DNA of 64,000 nt from the human T2T-CHM13v2.0 reference genome, Homo sapiens: the NCBI RefSeq assembly GCF_009914755.1, contig NC_060932.1; one strand, 5' to 3'. The notes beneath the pieces are model-generated. The model had not been told where the DNA came from. It saw only the letters and a program-made list of their open reading frames with translations, and did not search any database. Position 1 is the first letter of the stretch. Every line of letters starts with the position of its first letter. Shown here in pieces: positions 28,581-43,218 of this stretch. Made by a program: the position numbers and the translations under genes.

Positions 28581-28684
28581 CGTTCGGCCGCACGGGAGGA
28601 CTTCGAACCAAAGGGCTAGTCGACAAGCTGGTTAGTACCATTGCTGCTGTCACCTTGTCCATGTCTAGTTCCTCTGAAGATTTC
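28581..28684 (-). CDS. ZNF704: ZNF704 internal coding exon, 104 nt: (R)[34 protein letters not shown](E)
   Basis: Acceptor ccttcctgttttacag|G and donor AAC G|gtaagc. Phase 2 in, phase 1 out. DMD[15 protein letters not shown] is the conserved N-terminal region of the ZNF395/ZNF704/SLC2A4RG family. Confidence 0.96.
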
Positions 28685-28904
28685 CTGTAAAACAGGAAGG
28701 GACACTGGTGACTGTTCACTCTGCATCTGCTGTGGGCCACACAAGGTGTGACACGCTGTCACGCATTTACTCCATTAACTTATCCCCATGAACAACCGAT
28801 GTTCTGTTAGCTTTATTTTATAGATGAGGAAGCTAAAGCCCATGAAGTGAAGTGTTTCAGTCAAAGTCATACAGTATTAGGAAGACAAGGATTCCATCAT
28901 CCAT

Positions 28905-29720
28905 ACTTCATCTAACAACTGTTCATTGAGAGTGTGCTGTGGGCTAGACTCTGTTCTAGCCACGAGTGATATGAGGTGAACAGCAGACAAGGTTCTTGCT
29001 TTCATGGAGCCTAGAGGACGGTGGGAAGCAACACACTTATCAGGAAACAAACAAGCTAGGAGGAACAAAGTCATTTCTGATAGTGACAAGGGCTATGAAG
29101 CGCATAAACAGGCTAACGTGACAGTGCCTGCCTGTAGGGGCTGCATCTAAGGTGATCAGATGTTTCTCTGAGGCAGTGACGTCTGAGGTGAACTGTGAAG
29201 GTCAGGGAGAGTCTGTCCTGAGGGGCAGGGAAGTACATCCCAAGCAGAGGCAGCAGCCTGCAGAAAGGCATGGCAGCAGGAATGTGCGGGAATGTTTAAA
29301 GGCTGATCCTAGAGTGTGAGAAGGGGAGAGCGGTGCAGAGCTAGTCAGACGGGGTCCAGTGGCCATGGAAGGTGTTTTAATTTTATTCTAAGTGAAATGG
29401 GAAGTCCCTGGGAGGCTTTAAGCAGGCCTAGTGAAGTAATATGATGAATATTTGTAATATAATTAGCTGAGCTGCTATATGGAGAATGGATCTTAGAGAA
29501 GGTAGAATAGAAGGAGGGAGGCCACTTAGGAGATGACTGCTAGGAGTCCAGGCGAGCTTGGACTAGGGTGGGGACAGTGGCAGGAGACCCAGCAGGACTG
29601 GCTGATGCACTTGGACATGGGAGATGAGCAAAAGGGAGCGAGGAAGGCTGTCAGGTGTTGGCTGAAGCACTAACTAGAGCCATTTACTGAGATGGGAGAG
29701 GCTGGAGGAGAAATGCAACT
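28905..29720 (-). mobile_element. L2 3' fragment
   Basis: ttcatctaacaactgttcattgag...ttgctttcatggagcctag...gagccatttactgagatgggaga. Confidence 0.75.
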
Positions 29721-31916
29721 AGGGGTGTTTGAACTCCTGAGCTTTAAAAAAATTTTTTAAAACTACTTACTATAGAAAGAGTAGGTCATGGGAATAGTTA
29801 CCATGTTGTTAAAGTGAAGAGCCACTGGTAATCATTCACTGAGATGAAGAGGTTGCTCTGGTTCATTAATTTTGGCCAGTTAACCCTGAATAAAGGTTCA
29901 TAAGATTATGATCATGGTGACCGGAGTCAACTTGTTTAAGCTTATTTCAATAAAGGAGGTAAAATTGAGAGGCAAAAGTTTGTGTCGTACGATGAAATCA
30001 AATAAATTGTACCACCTCCTGAGAGACGAACATTTTCAAATTAGAGAACAGTTGAAGAAGCCCAACAGAGGATTAATAAGCCATATCCACAAATGAATTG
30101 TCACTTTGACAAATGTGGCTTTCATTCACAGGTGTGCTGTCTAATTTGTAAAAGCAATGAACTCTTAGAGATAGAAACTTCATAGCACTGCTTCACAAAA
30201 CAGTGGGAAGAGAAATTCTTAAATTGGAGAAAAAAACAAATGGTTCCCAATTATTGGGGGGCTGCTCAATTAATTTCATCATGAAGTTACAAAAATTGTT
30301 ACAGTTTGGCTCTCTGATGTCCACCCATGATACTAAATTGTTAAACAAAGCCTATTCTTTCAATCCAAGGTACCAACAGATGGAAATCTTTGAAATTTTC
30401 TTCAATAATTCTTCTCAAAGCACCTTATGCTCTTTTTTAGCAAATTCTTCTATCAAAAGACAAATTACTTGTTTCAGAGGCTGACAATTAAAATACTTCT
30501 GTAAAACAAGCTTAAGAGTGCACAATGAAATCCACTCCATACAAAGTTTTCAAGACAACCTCATACACTTAGAGGCAAAAAAAACTGTTCATTCATTTGG
30601 CATACCATTTAAAGATTTTACAGTATTCACAGTTTACAAGATCCCTGTACTTGGGAGTAAAGGTAAAGCCATTTTCTTAAAACAGACAAAGCCTCTTGAA
30701 ATGGCACCAGGGAAAGAATGCAAAGCACCTTCAGGTAATTCTGAGTGTTTTGTTGGCTCAATCTGCCCATGTAACGCTGGTCACAGAAGGGATAAGTTGG
30801 GGCTTGCTGCATATCCACTAATCTACCTTGGGGCTCCTCCAACTGTCTGCCCTTCCCAGAGCCCAGCTCCAGGATCACCCAGAGTGGGGCACACCTGAGC
30901 TGGCTGCTGCCCACATCTCTTCCAAGACTGAATTAGGAGGGCTGTTGACTTCTCTTTCCAACGGCCAGTCCACTTTTATTCCCTTACTAACCAAAGGTTT
31001 AAGAACCAGGATAGGAGGCCCGTGCACCTGGTATAGGTGGATGACATGATTTGGTAAGGAGAGGGTCCCCTCGCCCCCTCCCCTGATTCTTACAATGACT
31101 TGCTAAACAACCTTTTTCCGTCTTCTACATCTTGGTTTCAGGGACCTTTTTGCCCCTCTCTCAATCTGCTTTGTATCTTTTTTGATTTTCCACACCTAAG
31201 GTGAACATTTTGCTTTAGAGGTCTAATTGATAATTAACTCAAATACTGATTTATGTGTTTTTTAAAATATGACAATCAATACAGAATGCATCATTATAAA
31301 ATATACATTTATTTTGCATTGCGAAAATCTACCACATTTCAAAATAATTATTGAGCATCATAAAGAGATTTACAATGAAGAATGAAAAAAGGAATAATTA
31401 GTATAATCAGAGTGTTTTTGGATTTGGATTACCTTTAAGTTTCCTGCTGGCACTGGAAATCACTAACAACAACAACAAAGTCAAAGGAATACATCACAAT
31501 GACTCAGTTAACCTGCATTTCTCAGGGAATATTTTAATCATGCTACATGAAACATTACCAGATGATATGGCCTTGTGCTAAGTTGTGTTTTTGTTTTTAT
31601 CTTTGTTTAATTTCTTTTGGTACACTACTATCTAATTACTGATTAACTGGTACTGTAAATTCAAATCCTTATAATTAAACATGAAGAGATGATATACAAA
31701 GTAGAATTTGTTACACTTTGAGAAAACTGCTGCAAAGCCCTTCTGGTAGATTTGGAGTTATTGATAAAAAACAAACCACTAGAGGTGATATTAAATATTC
31801 TCTCCTAATTTGAATTTCAATCTACAACTTAAAACCTTAAGACTCATGTTTGCTAAAGGCTTTTACCTTTTCAATTAATCTTTCCTCCAGCCATACTTGA
31901 ATAGTATGGGACTTAA

Positions 31917-32587
<671 letters not shown>

Positions 32588-35500
32588 TAACAGAAGTATT
32601 CGTTGTCACTCTATACATGATTTGTTCCTGAAGCTGACCTGGCTTCTGTGGATGAACAGGATTTCAAGATGGGAGAAACACATCAAGGAAGGGAAGCCGG
32701 TGAGCCCTGGGCTTACTGGGAGACTACTCAAGGGTCCTACGTGAGGGATGTGGTGGAAAAGGAGAGCAGAGCCTGAGCCAGACTATGGGGGTGTGTGTGC
32801 CAGGATGAGTGGTTTGTTGTATTCCTATAAGCAAAGCGCATCCATGGAACATTCATGAACCCGGGAGTAAGGTGATCAATCTGTATTTAAGAAATGAGTG
32901 AAAATGGAAAATTTAAGGAAAGGGAGGAAATGGGAGGCAGGCTATTCAGCTGTTTTTAGTAAAGTCTCATTTCAACCTCAAAGTATTAGATTAAGAGGGA
33001 CACTGCCCCTCCATGCAGCGATACTATTCAGTCTGTGAGTACGGACCTTCCTGGATTTCTGCTGAAGCTGTGTTCTGGACCTCTCCAGGAGAGGCAGCAA
33101 CGGTAATGATTAAGAGTTTAGGCTCCAGAATGAGTTAGATAATGTGGCTTCAGATCCACTCTCTGCATTACCACCTGTGTGACCTTGGGCAAATTACTTA
33201 AACTCACTGTTTCCTTATCTGTAAAAGAAGGATAAACATAGACTTGTTGAGAGGGTTAAATGAGAAAAGTATATGAGCACCAGCATGAGCCTCAGCCACA
33301 GTCAGAGTTCATGTTATCTCAGCTATTACTAACCTTCCAATTCCTGACTACATCCATAGCGTGTGTCCTCCGTGAGGGAGGAGAGCATTAGATGACTTCA
33401 CTTGCTTTTCTTGTTCAGCACCAGCACTAGCAGTTGTGGATTTTCTTTTTGTAAGGCAGGTATATTATTTTTGATAATGAAAAGACTGCTATAACTCTGT
33501 AAGAGCTGGCAACTGGCTCATGGAGAAGCAGCTGCTGGTCCCTCACTAGAGTTTCCAGTCGGTGCTTTGGCAAAGATACTGCTCATTACATAATGAGTCT
33601 TGGCCAGACTGTCCACAAATAGAAAAGCCTAGAGTGCTTGTTTGGATTCTACGTTTAAGAGTTTATGCTTTCAATACTCACTCTTGGAGCACTAGGGCTG
33701 TGCTAGACAGGAGAATTAACAGTCTTTGTAAAAATGAACAGTCTCTACCCTCTTCAGCTGCGGTCTATTGGAGAACTAGACCTTAATCAAACACACACAC
33801 AAATAAACATAAACTTACAAATGTGATAAATGCCAGGAAGAGTACTATTGATTTGATGAGGACCAACCTAGGTACTTCTAGCTAACAGGAGAACAGGGCT
33901 GAGACTGGAAGTGAGTATGGGTGTTGCCTCAGAGGACAGAAGAGCTTTTGGGCAGTGGAAGAGCCAGGGCAAGGCTTCCTTTAAAAAGGAAAGGGAAGAC
34001 TGAACATGAAGTGCAGTGTGCTTGGGAGGGGCAGCCCAGGGAGGGCCTTCCATGCTCTATAAGGGCTTTATCCTTATCTTAAAGGCCCTGGGAAGCACTG
34101 AAGTGTTTCAAGTGGAATGGGGTTGGGAGAGGTTGGGTAAGGTTGGGGTGATGCTATCAGATTAGCTTTTCAAAAAGCTCATTTTGGCTGCCGTGTGGAA
34201 AATGAGTTTCTTGGGTTTGACAACCAATCTTTTATCTGAGGAATTGATTGTCTGATGACTGTGGCAGCAGGTTGCAGAATGACATCATCTACTACATGAA
34301 GAGGCAATCAGCGCAGTGCGCAGCATCAGCAGAGGCAGCCCGGCCAGGTCTCATGCATGGGTGGGTGTGGCTGGTCTGCCCTTGAGCGCTCAGCTATGGC
34401 CTGTGCTTACAAACCCAGCTATTGTTTGTGCCGCAAGAAGCCTTTTCCTTCTTTTGAGCCACTTCCTGCCTGAATACTGCCTGCTTGGAGGGTGCACATA
34501 AACACTGTCTCCTGTGACTAGCTAAGGGAGAGATGTTTTACACCTTGGAGAGCCATAAAAGACATTTATCGGCAATTAAAGTGCTATAGTAACAAATGGA
34601 AGTAAAAATGAATAATATATTCCTTAGATTAGCACTAATCTAGTTTCTTAGCAACTATTGAAATCTGCTGTCTAGACCAAGTTCAGTCACTTTTAAAAAC
34701 TTGTGATATTCTTAAAATAAGGAATAATGTCTGAAAATAAAATCTTTTACTGGAAAGGCTATAATAATCATCCCCAATCTTGGAATTCTGAGAAAGCTTT
34801 TACTAAGAGTTTGGAAAACTGGATTCAGTAACTATTAAATATAAAGCACAAAACTTCATTTCCATTTTGAAGAAATCTTGTAGAAAAAGTGGTAAATGTT
34901 AACTCTTCCGAATTAATTTTAGCTGCTATTTCTTTTAAGACTATAGGGAAGTCAGTATTCATCAAAATTGATGGAAAAAGAAAAAAAAATCAAAGGGAAG
35001 ATTAGAAAGCTGCCTATTGCAATAAAGTGTTCACTGGCCTGGATCGAACAAGATGGAAAATTAGAGTGAATACATCATAATACATAAGGCAATATACACC
35101 AGTACATCTGAAGCCATCTGTGGTGAAGGGTCATTTTTAAGAAATTTTTAATATGTCATGGATCGATACTATACAAAAAAACTATGGCCTGTGGAAAATT
35201 TCTGCACCCCTTCCTCTTAATTTCTGTACCTGGCTCAACATGGCTGTAACAAAGAGCTTGCAGACTGGCACTGGCCCATGGTCCACACTTTGAGTAGCAT
35301 GAAGCTAGGCAGTTGCTTTAATTTCCATTAAACTTTGAAAAGACTCCCTCCTGTCCCTCTTTCTCCCGCTTTCTGTTCTTGCCTCATGGACCCTCTACAA
35401 CTTCTCTCCCCACCCACTCTGCCCACTGGACCCTATGTTCCATTGCAAATTGACCCTTGCATGACCTCACCCTCTCCCCTTTTACCATACCCAGGCTCTC

Positions 35501-36419
35501 CCTTGTAGGTCACTCCTCCTTTCCACTGGAGTTACTCATCCCTTTACCCCCAGTGAGGTCAGGTGGGGTGTGGGCCTTTCATCTGCCTCCCTTAGGAGAC
35601 CATCTCCCTTCACCCACATGCAAAAGCTCCTGGTTCTTTGAGGCACAGGCCATGCACTTATCTTGTTCTCTTTTCTATTTCAGGCATTGACCTTCCTGTC
35701 AGGACCTCTCTCCCCTAATATTCATAAAATACTTTGGCACATAAATTACAGCCTTTTTTAAATTGCTTGGAATTATAATCCTAGGAGATATACTGAAGTT
35801 AGCCAATATCCTAACTTCGTAACTTCTGTCTCCTTAACCCACCACCCCCAGCCAACATTCAGCAGAGTGCTGAGCTGGAGAGAAAAGACGTTGCAGTCTG
35901 ACAGACTGCAGTTTAATCCCCAAAACCTCCATTTATTAGTGAGTGCTTTTAGGCAAATCTTGCAGCTTCACAAAACTTCAGATTCCTCATCTGTAAAATG
36001 GAAATGACAATAATACAGACCTTAGAGGGTTTGGAAGAGTTAAATAAGATGTGTAAAATATCTGGCATATACTAAACACTCAAGTTATTATTATCCTCCT
36101 CTTTTACCTAAAACTGTTATTTCAGTGAACGATTCTCAGGTTAAAAACCTGAGTTCTACCTATTTAAGTATTTATAGGTGAAATAACATGAAATCTTGGA
36201 TTTGTGTGAATATACTGCAGCCTCCCACAACCCCTTCCTCAAAAGTGTGAGTTGGGGGTGATTAGATGAAGTAAGATGGACAAAATGTTAACAATTGTTG
36301 AAGCCAGGGAATGGGTACTGAGGGAATCATTAGACCATTCTCTCTCTATCTGTGTAGATTTGAAACTTCCATAATACGATTTAAAACAAGAATACAGCAT
36401 GAGCACACACCTGGATTTT

Positions 36420-37170
36420 GGCGGTCACTTGCCATTGCCCCACTTCAACTCCCCCCTCCCCTTTTCTGTCTAGCTCTACTCTCTGTCACTGCATCTGCTC
36501 CTCCATCTCCCAGAGACAGCCAGTCTCTGGATTTCTCCTTTCCTCCTAGGCAGTTAGAGGCTAGTACTTCTGACCTAGAACAGCTTGCTGCTGGCTACTG
36601 CTTCCCTCCCGCCAGGTCCACTGGTGGCTCAGCGGGGTTCTCCCTTTACCAGCATCCCTGAATCCCTGGCCTTGCTAGCCTTCTGCTCCACTGGCCCAGA
36701 AGAACCAAACCCTGGCTGAATCCTCCTGTGCTGCTCTTTACTGTCCACCTCAGGGCAGTCAGTGCTGATGGGAAACAGCGAATGACTCTGCTGGCCGGGC
36801 CCATCCTCGGCACGCATCCTACCTGCACTTGGCCTCAGCAGGCCCTTCACCCGCCCTCGCTCACCACAACTGCCCGCTTCTAGCCAGGATTCTGCCTTAT
36901 CTTCACCTCTCTCTGCAAGGCTCAGCTCCTGCCAACCCAAGCAGCAGACGCCCTTTCCTCCTAGATTATAGAGAGAATTGAGGCCTCTAGGCATGGTCTT
37001 TGTCACATTCTGCCTTTCTTACCTTCTTGCTTCAGTCTCGCAGGGAGGTTAGCATGGTATTTTGCTTTTTGAAGCCACTGCCTCCACCTGTGCTGTCTTT
37101 ATCCTCCTTCAACAAGACCTCCTCTCTCCTGTTCCCACTGGCCCTTCTCTATTAATAGGCTTCTGTTTTC
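36420..37170 (+). mobile_element. Old L2 internal (ORF2) fragment
   Basis: gaagaaccaaaccctggctgaatcctcc resembles the L2 aaaccccaaccctggttaaatcc (KPQPW) region. Confidence 0.5.
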
Positions 37171-37189
37171 TCCCCACTTACATGCAAGG

Positions 37190-38580
37190 GACCAAACAGG
37201 ACTGGACAGAGAGATAGGAAAGAAATGAGGAGAGGAGTCCAGTGATTACAGATACAAGAGGGAAGAGAGGGAAGAGAATTTCAGGAAGAACAGGTTGACA
37301 GCATTAAGTGATGTAGAGAGATCAAGCCAGATGAGGACAGACAGGGAATTTAACTTAATTCCCTTGAAATTAGCAGCAAGGAAGCAGGTAGAGACTCTAG
37401 CAGGAGTGGAAGTGGACTGCTGTGGGTTGTGGGGTGGATGGAAACTGGGAGGTTGAGAAATTAGAGGCAGTCATTGTAGAGGACTCTTAAAGAGCTTGGC
37501 CATGAAGGGAAGGGAAACATGGTTCTTTGAGGAAGTTAGAGTGTTTTCCTGTTTGTTCTTCAGATGAAAGGAACTCTAGCATATTTAAATGCTGACAGGA
37601 AGGAGCTAGTAGGGATGAATAGGTTGAAGATACAGGAGAGAAGGGATGAGGAATGGACAAGGTCTTTACTGGGGCAGCATGATGAGGGTCCTGGGCTCCA
37701 ATGGAAGTAGCTTTAGACAAAAGGAGGAACAACCACCCCGTCTACCTGGAGTGAGGAGAACAAAGATGGGCTGGGTGCAAGCATGCTTGTAGGTGTGGGG
37801 CTGGGGAAGCTGATGCTTCTCTCTGGAGGTCTCTCCTCAGAAGCAGGTAGGTTTCTCTGTGGAGAGTGGAGAGGACATTGCCATGCTTAAGGTTTGGAAT
37901 TGCTGTTATGGGTACTGGGAGAGAAAATGGAGCAGGACACCAAAAGTCTATCAAGCAGCAACCGAGGCTCAGCTGAGGTTAGAAAGCTTGATCCTGTTGT
38001 GATGGTCACTGGAGAGGGGGTCTGATGGCTGTGCCAGAAGCCTGGGGTGGGAGTGTGAGAGGAGGCTGCTGGACTAGCCCTATGCCAGGTTTTACAGTGA
38101 GTAAGGGCATGGAGAGTGCAAGGTTTTGGAGAGAGAGCCATAGGTTCTTGGCTGGACTGGGCAATGTGTGAAGGTTGGAGGGAAAAGATGGGGACAAATT
38201 GAGAGAAACCAGAGATCTTGATGGGGTCAAAATCAGGTGCCGAGGACACAAAAGCGAAGGCGAGATGGAAGACCAGGAGGTTATGAGTAGGAAGGAGATA
38301 CTGGGGATGGAGATTTTCTATGTAGAAAAATTCTGAGAGATGGCCGAGTCCAAGGTATGGCCGTGGGAGTAGAGGGCAGAGGCAGGGCAGAGGTGAAAGT
38401 CGCTGGATCGGAAATGGCGAGGCTGATGTCATCCGGGATGATGGCAGCATTGAGGAGAGAAAAGTTGTGGCCAGGTGGCTCAAGCCTTCCATAAAGGGCA
38501 AATGAGCAGGATGTCAGCAGAGTTAAGGAAGCGGGAGGTGGAAGAAGCCTTCAAGCAGCAGGGCTTTACCTGAGAGTGGA
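37190..38580 (-). mobile_element. Old L2 internal (ORF2) fragment
   Basis: Purine-rich L2 body on the plus strand. It accounts for the spurious 37887..38501 ORF. Confidence 0.6.
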
Positions 38581-39051
38581 GGGCAAAGGCTTGGTAACAG
38601 CCGCGGGGACACAGAAATTCACTCTTGGGAGGCTCCCCATTGCCCTCACATGAGACTTAACTCCAATGCAGGAAACACCTGGCCCTCTCTGCTCTGGTCT
38701 CCCGACTCTCTACCCATTTTCCCACAAGTCCTCTGCGGGGCAACTCTTCCAACTCGTGAAAATTCTCCATAAGAAGACTCACTTTCTCCTCTCCATACCT
38801 GTGAATAAGCTGTGCCCTCTGCTTGGAACAAGCTTTCTTCTCTTTCTGTGCTTGCCTGCTTCTACTTACCCTTAGTACTCAGCTCCATCCTGCTCCTGGA
38901 AGCCGCCTTCCACCTGCCAAGGGCCAGGGGCACTGACTGCTGTGCTGTTGTTAGACTGCCTGTGCTTCCTCCTCCTCCCCATGCGAAGATCAGGGCTTAG
39001 TCTTGCATCTTTTTATTCCCAACTTCTAGCACAAACCCTTGCTTAGGGTAA

Positions 39052-39394
<343 letters not shown>

Positions 39395-39949
39395 TAAGTA
39401 AGGATGGTGACAGTCCCGGAGAAGTGGCAGGGGGAAGCATAGAACACGTATCTGAAAAACTTCTGCAGTTCTCCTCTGCTCACTCTCTTTCATCTTGTCA
39501 GACCTGGTGACTTATTTGTTTCCTCTTGTGGAAGACAATTCCTCAAAAATTCAAGTATTAAATAAATCGTTCATAGGATTTTTTTTTTCCTTTTTACTGG
39601 CCCTAAAAATTGTTGGCTTATCTAAGCAAATGGATTTTGTTCCAGTGTCTGTGATAATTCTTCTATATTCACAAAGGCTCACAGACACATCAGTGAACTC
39701 TAGAATGTCAGCAATAACATTATTAAATAATAAGTTTCAAATCCCCTGAAAATAATTCTGTGTGATTAGCTGGACTTCTTGATGTGAGCAGGCTGCAAAG
39801 CACAGCTCAGGGAGGCATCTCGAACATTCCTTGATGGCCTTTTTGCTTTGTAGGTTTAGCGCTTTTGATTGCAGCCAACATTTTCTCCCAGGAGTCACAA
39901 GGCCAGTCTTAAACTAACAGAAAGCCCTCTGTGTGCATGTTGAGTGCCT

Positions 39950-40725
39950 GTCATATTGTGAAATAGATATTTTGTTTTCCTCCATCCCTGTCTCCTGCTG
40001 TACAACTCCTAAAATCCTTGGAATCTCCAGTGATAGGCATCTTTTTGTATGCTAACGAGATGACTGGTGGCAGGCAGCTTCTATGTTGCTTCTGGATGGT
40101 GCCAGTCACAGGAAAGACCAAGCCAGGATTAGAGGGTTGGACTTCCGGGCACCGACCCCGACCCCAACCTCTGGGGGTGGTGGGGGAAAGGGCTGATCAC
40201 CAATGGCCAACGATTTACTAAATCATGCCTACATACAAAGCCTCCATAAAACCCAAAAGGACAGAGTTTGGAGAGCTTCCAGACAGCGGGACAAGTGGAG
40301 GTTCCCAGGGGGAGGTGCCCCCAGGAAGGGCAGAGAAATGCCACACCCCTTCCCACATGCTGTGCCCTACACATCTCCTCATCTGTATCCTTTATAATAA
40401 CCTTCATAATAAACCAGTAAATATAAGTCAGTTTCTCTGAGTTCTGTGGGCAGCTCTAGCAAATTAATCAAACCTGAGGAGGGTGTCCTGGGAACCCTGA
40501 TTTATAGCCAGTTGGTCAGAAGCACAGTAAAACAACCTGAAACAACCTGGGGCTTGGGACTGGCATCACAAGTGGGGAATTCTTGTGGGACTGACACTTC
40601 TTCAGGTAGACAGTGTCACATTTGAATTGGAGGACACCCCCCTGCAGAACTGGTTGCTTGCTTGATGTATGGGGAAAACTCCCACACATTTGGTGTCAGA
40701 AGTGTGTTGTGGGAGTGCAGTGGGA
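39950..40725 (+). mobile_element. MER21-type ERV solo LTR
   Basis: actcctaaaatccttggaatctcc...tatgctaacgagatgactggtggc...aaagaccaagccaggattagagggttgga, with an internal aataaa. Confidence 0.8.
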
Positions 40726-40842
40726 GAGCCTGAGCGTTTACCCCTGAATTCTCAAGAGCTCCCTTCTGGGACTGCCACTGAGGCTGCATATGATGAAAAA
40801 AGACCAGAGGGAACACAGCAAATTCCTGAATTTATTTGGATA

Positions 40843-41250
40843 GTGTGTGTTTTGTGTGTCTCTGTGTATGGGTGTGTGTATATCTGCGTCTATGTCTGTG
40901 TGGGTTGGTGTCCTGGGTGTGTGTTTCTGCACAGTTGTGTGTCGGGGCCTTGTGTGTGTGTGTCTTGGTCCTTTGTGTATGTGTGTCTGTCTGTGTTTGT
41001 GTTCATGTGGGTTGATGTCCTGGGTGTGTGTCTCTCTCTGTGTGCACAGCTATGTGTGTCTGGGTCCTCTGTGTGTGTGTGTGCATGTGTATCTCTGCAT
41101 TTGTATCTATGTGGGTTGGTGTCCTGTGTGTGTGTCTGTGTGTGTGTTTCGGTCCTGTGTGTATCCGTGTATGCATTTGTGTGTGTGTGTGTCAATCTCC
41201 GTGTCTGTGTGGGTCAGTGCTTCTGTGTGGACTTGGGTGTGCTCTGTGCA
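40843..41250. repeat. Degenerate (TG)n-rich tract with a higher-order period of about 100-107 bp
   Basis: tgggttggtgtcctg-like anchors at 40901, 41008 and 41112, and a weaker one at 41210. Confidence 0.85.
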
Positions 41251-43133
41251 TGGAGGAGGAGATGAGGGAGTGGGAGGTGGCTGTGCCGCAGACCCTGTCT
41301 CCTGCCCTGTCTCTGGCTGCCAGGGCAGCCAGCCTCTTTCTTCTAGCTCTCTGGGATGGCAAAGTCCTTGCTTGCTTCTTTGCACCCACTAAATATGAGC
41401 TTGCTACTCAGTCATGGCCAAAGAAAGGCTATCAAACTCTGGAAAGTGCTCTTGATTGTTGCAGGAAGCTGCTGGCTGGGCTGCATTTAGCTGGACTGCT
41501 GTCTGTCCAGGCTGTCAACCAGTCACTCCTGGAGTCCTGGGGAGCACCTCATCCAGCAGAGCCTGTCGTATGTGCAGGGGCGGCATGGCCCAGGCTAATG
41601 GGGTTGAAGTACCCTGTGTCATTTGGGAAGTCTGCAGGTTAACGATCCGCCTGGTAAATGTCACGATTATTCTCAAGAAGAAAACTAATCAAAGTTGCAC
41701 CTCTCACTCTTACGTCTGTGTCCATTTTGAGTCATTCCAGGCTTACTGATGGGGTTAAGTATGTTATTGCTTGGAGCCTCAAATCCACTTAAGCCCCAAT
41801 AATGTAAAGAACTTCCAGCTACATTTTCATGGTGATAGCAGTTATTTCATGAGGGCAATTAGGAGAAAACAAATCCAGCATTTTCTTATTTTACAATGCA
41901 AGAAAAATAAGGTGATTTTTTTCCCTAGTTTTTTTTTTAATAGAAAAAACAGATTTTAAAAAGACCAGACTTCTTATTTCTGCTGCTTCTCTTACCTGAA
42001 ATAGTATCATCATTATGTTGGCAACAGACTGAAACATGGGCTAGAAGTGACAGTTGTAGCTATTTTACCTTTTTGTTTTTTCAAAGAGAGAAGACTCACA
42101 TCATTCCTAACAGAGCCACCCATATTGGGCTCCCCAGGAGCAAGGGGGGATGTGTCTCCCCTCAGAGAGCAGCTGTGGAGCCATCCTAGCTTGTGTGCCA
42201 CAAAGGCAGTGGGGCCTGGGCTCTGGGTAATGGCCTTGCCCTTCAGGAGCAGCTGCTCTACTTGGACAGAGAAATGAAAGACTCAAGTCAAGTGGGCTAA
42301 TTTGCTGAGATGCTTTAGGCTGAGAGTTATTCAGAGTTTTTCATTGTAACTTTAAATTTTGGTTTATTTCACCTTCAGCCTGTCTGGGACCTGCCTGCAG
42401 ATTTCAGCCACTTCTGGATACACCTGGGACAGGGCTGATACCTCCACTGTCTTACACTGTGAAGAGCGGGACAAACCGATGAGTGACAGACTACTGAATC
42501 AATCCCCTTTTAAGCTGCTTAAGTTCCAGATTTAGTTTTAAAGAGAAAAAAAATTGTCATCTTTTTAAAAAAACTGCATCTTCTTTCTCCTAATAGCTAA
42601 TATTTATTGAGCATTCATGACACGTATACACTATTTTAAACTGCCACTGTGGGTTGATGTCACTCCCCCATTTTATAAACATGGAGACTTTGGTAACTTT
42701 CTAACAGTACTTGGCCAGTCAGCCAGGCCTGTGCTCTTCAGAGGCGCAATGGGGTCTTTATACTACACACTAATGCTGTTTGCATGACCATCCCTATCAC
42801 TTTGTTTTTAATTTAAGACAAACATGTAATTTCCTATAATTGAAATATATATGTGAACTAAATGCAATTCCTTTTAGGTCATACATTTAAAATTATGTTA
42901 TAATGAAAAGTATTTCCTTTATAATATAGAGGTGGGTCCACATTAATGAGAACATAATATATGGATTATAGGCCGACTACTCATTTAAAAAGAGTGTTTT
43001 GCTTTCAAAAGGATCTCTGTGGGTTTTCTTTAAATAGTATTCTTATAATATATCTAAAATGTTTTGAATAATTAAATTTCAATTCAACTCATATACTCAA
43101 ACTCTAACCTCTACACTGACACCTGTTCTGTGT

Positions 43134-43218
43134 TATTAGGTTGAACCATATGAAATTGTGAGTCTTCATTAATCTTTTTGTCTATAAAAATGGCAATTTC
43201 ATATGGTTCAGCCTGATA
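43134..43218. mobile_element. MADE2 mariner-derived MITE (palindromic)
   Basis: tattaggttgaaccatatgaaattg ... caatttcatatggttcagcctgata. Confidence 0.9.

Noticed and set aside
37887-38501. 204-aa ORF
   Set aside because: Lies in decayed L2 sequence with low-information S/P/L-rich composition and no recognisable intact domain.
36420-38580. Opposed L2 fragments as a long RNA hairpin
   Set aside because: The copies are too diverged to see extended complementarity by eye.
40669-41642. Several 100-200 aa Cys/Val- or His/Thr-rich ORFs
   Set aside because: Translations of the (TG)n/(CA)n tract, not metal-binding proteins.
42360-42510. Possible C/D-box snoRNA (gatgag...ctga) or cryptic exon
   Set aside because: Box C is imperfect, the spacing is too short, there is no terminal stem, and it is antisense to the host gene. 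No convincing acceptor-donor pair.
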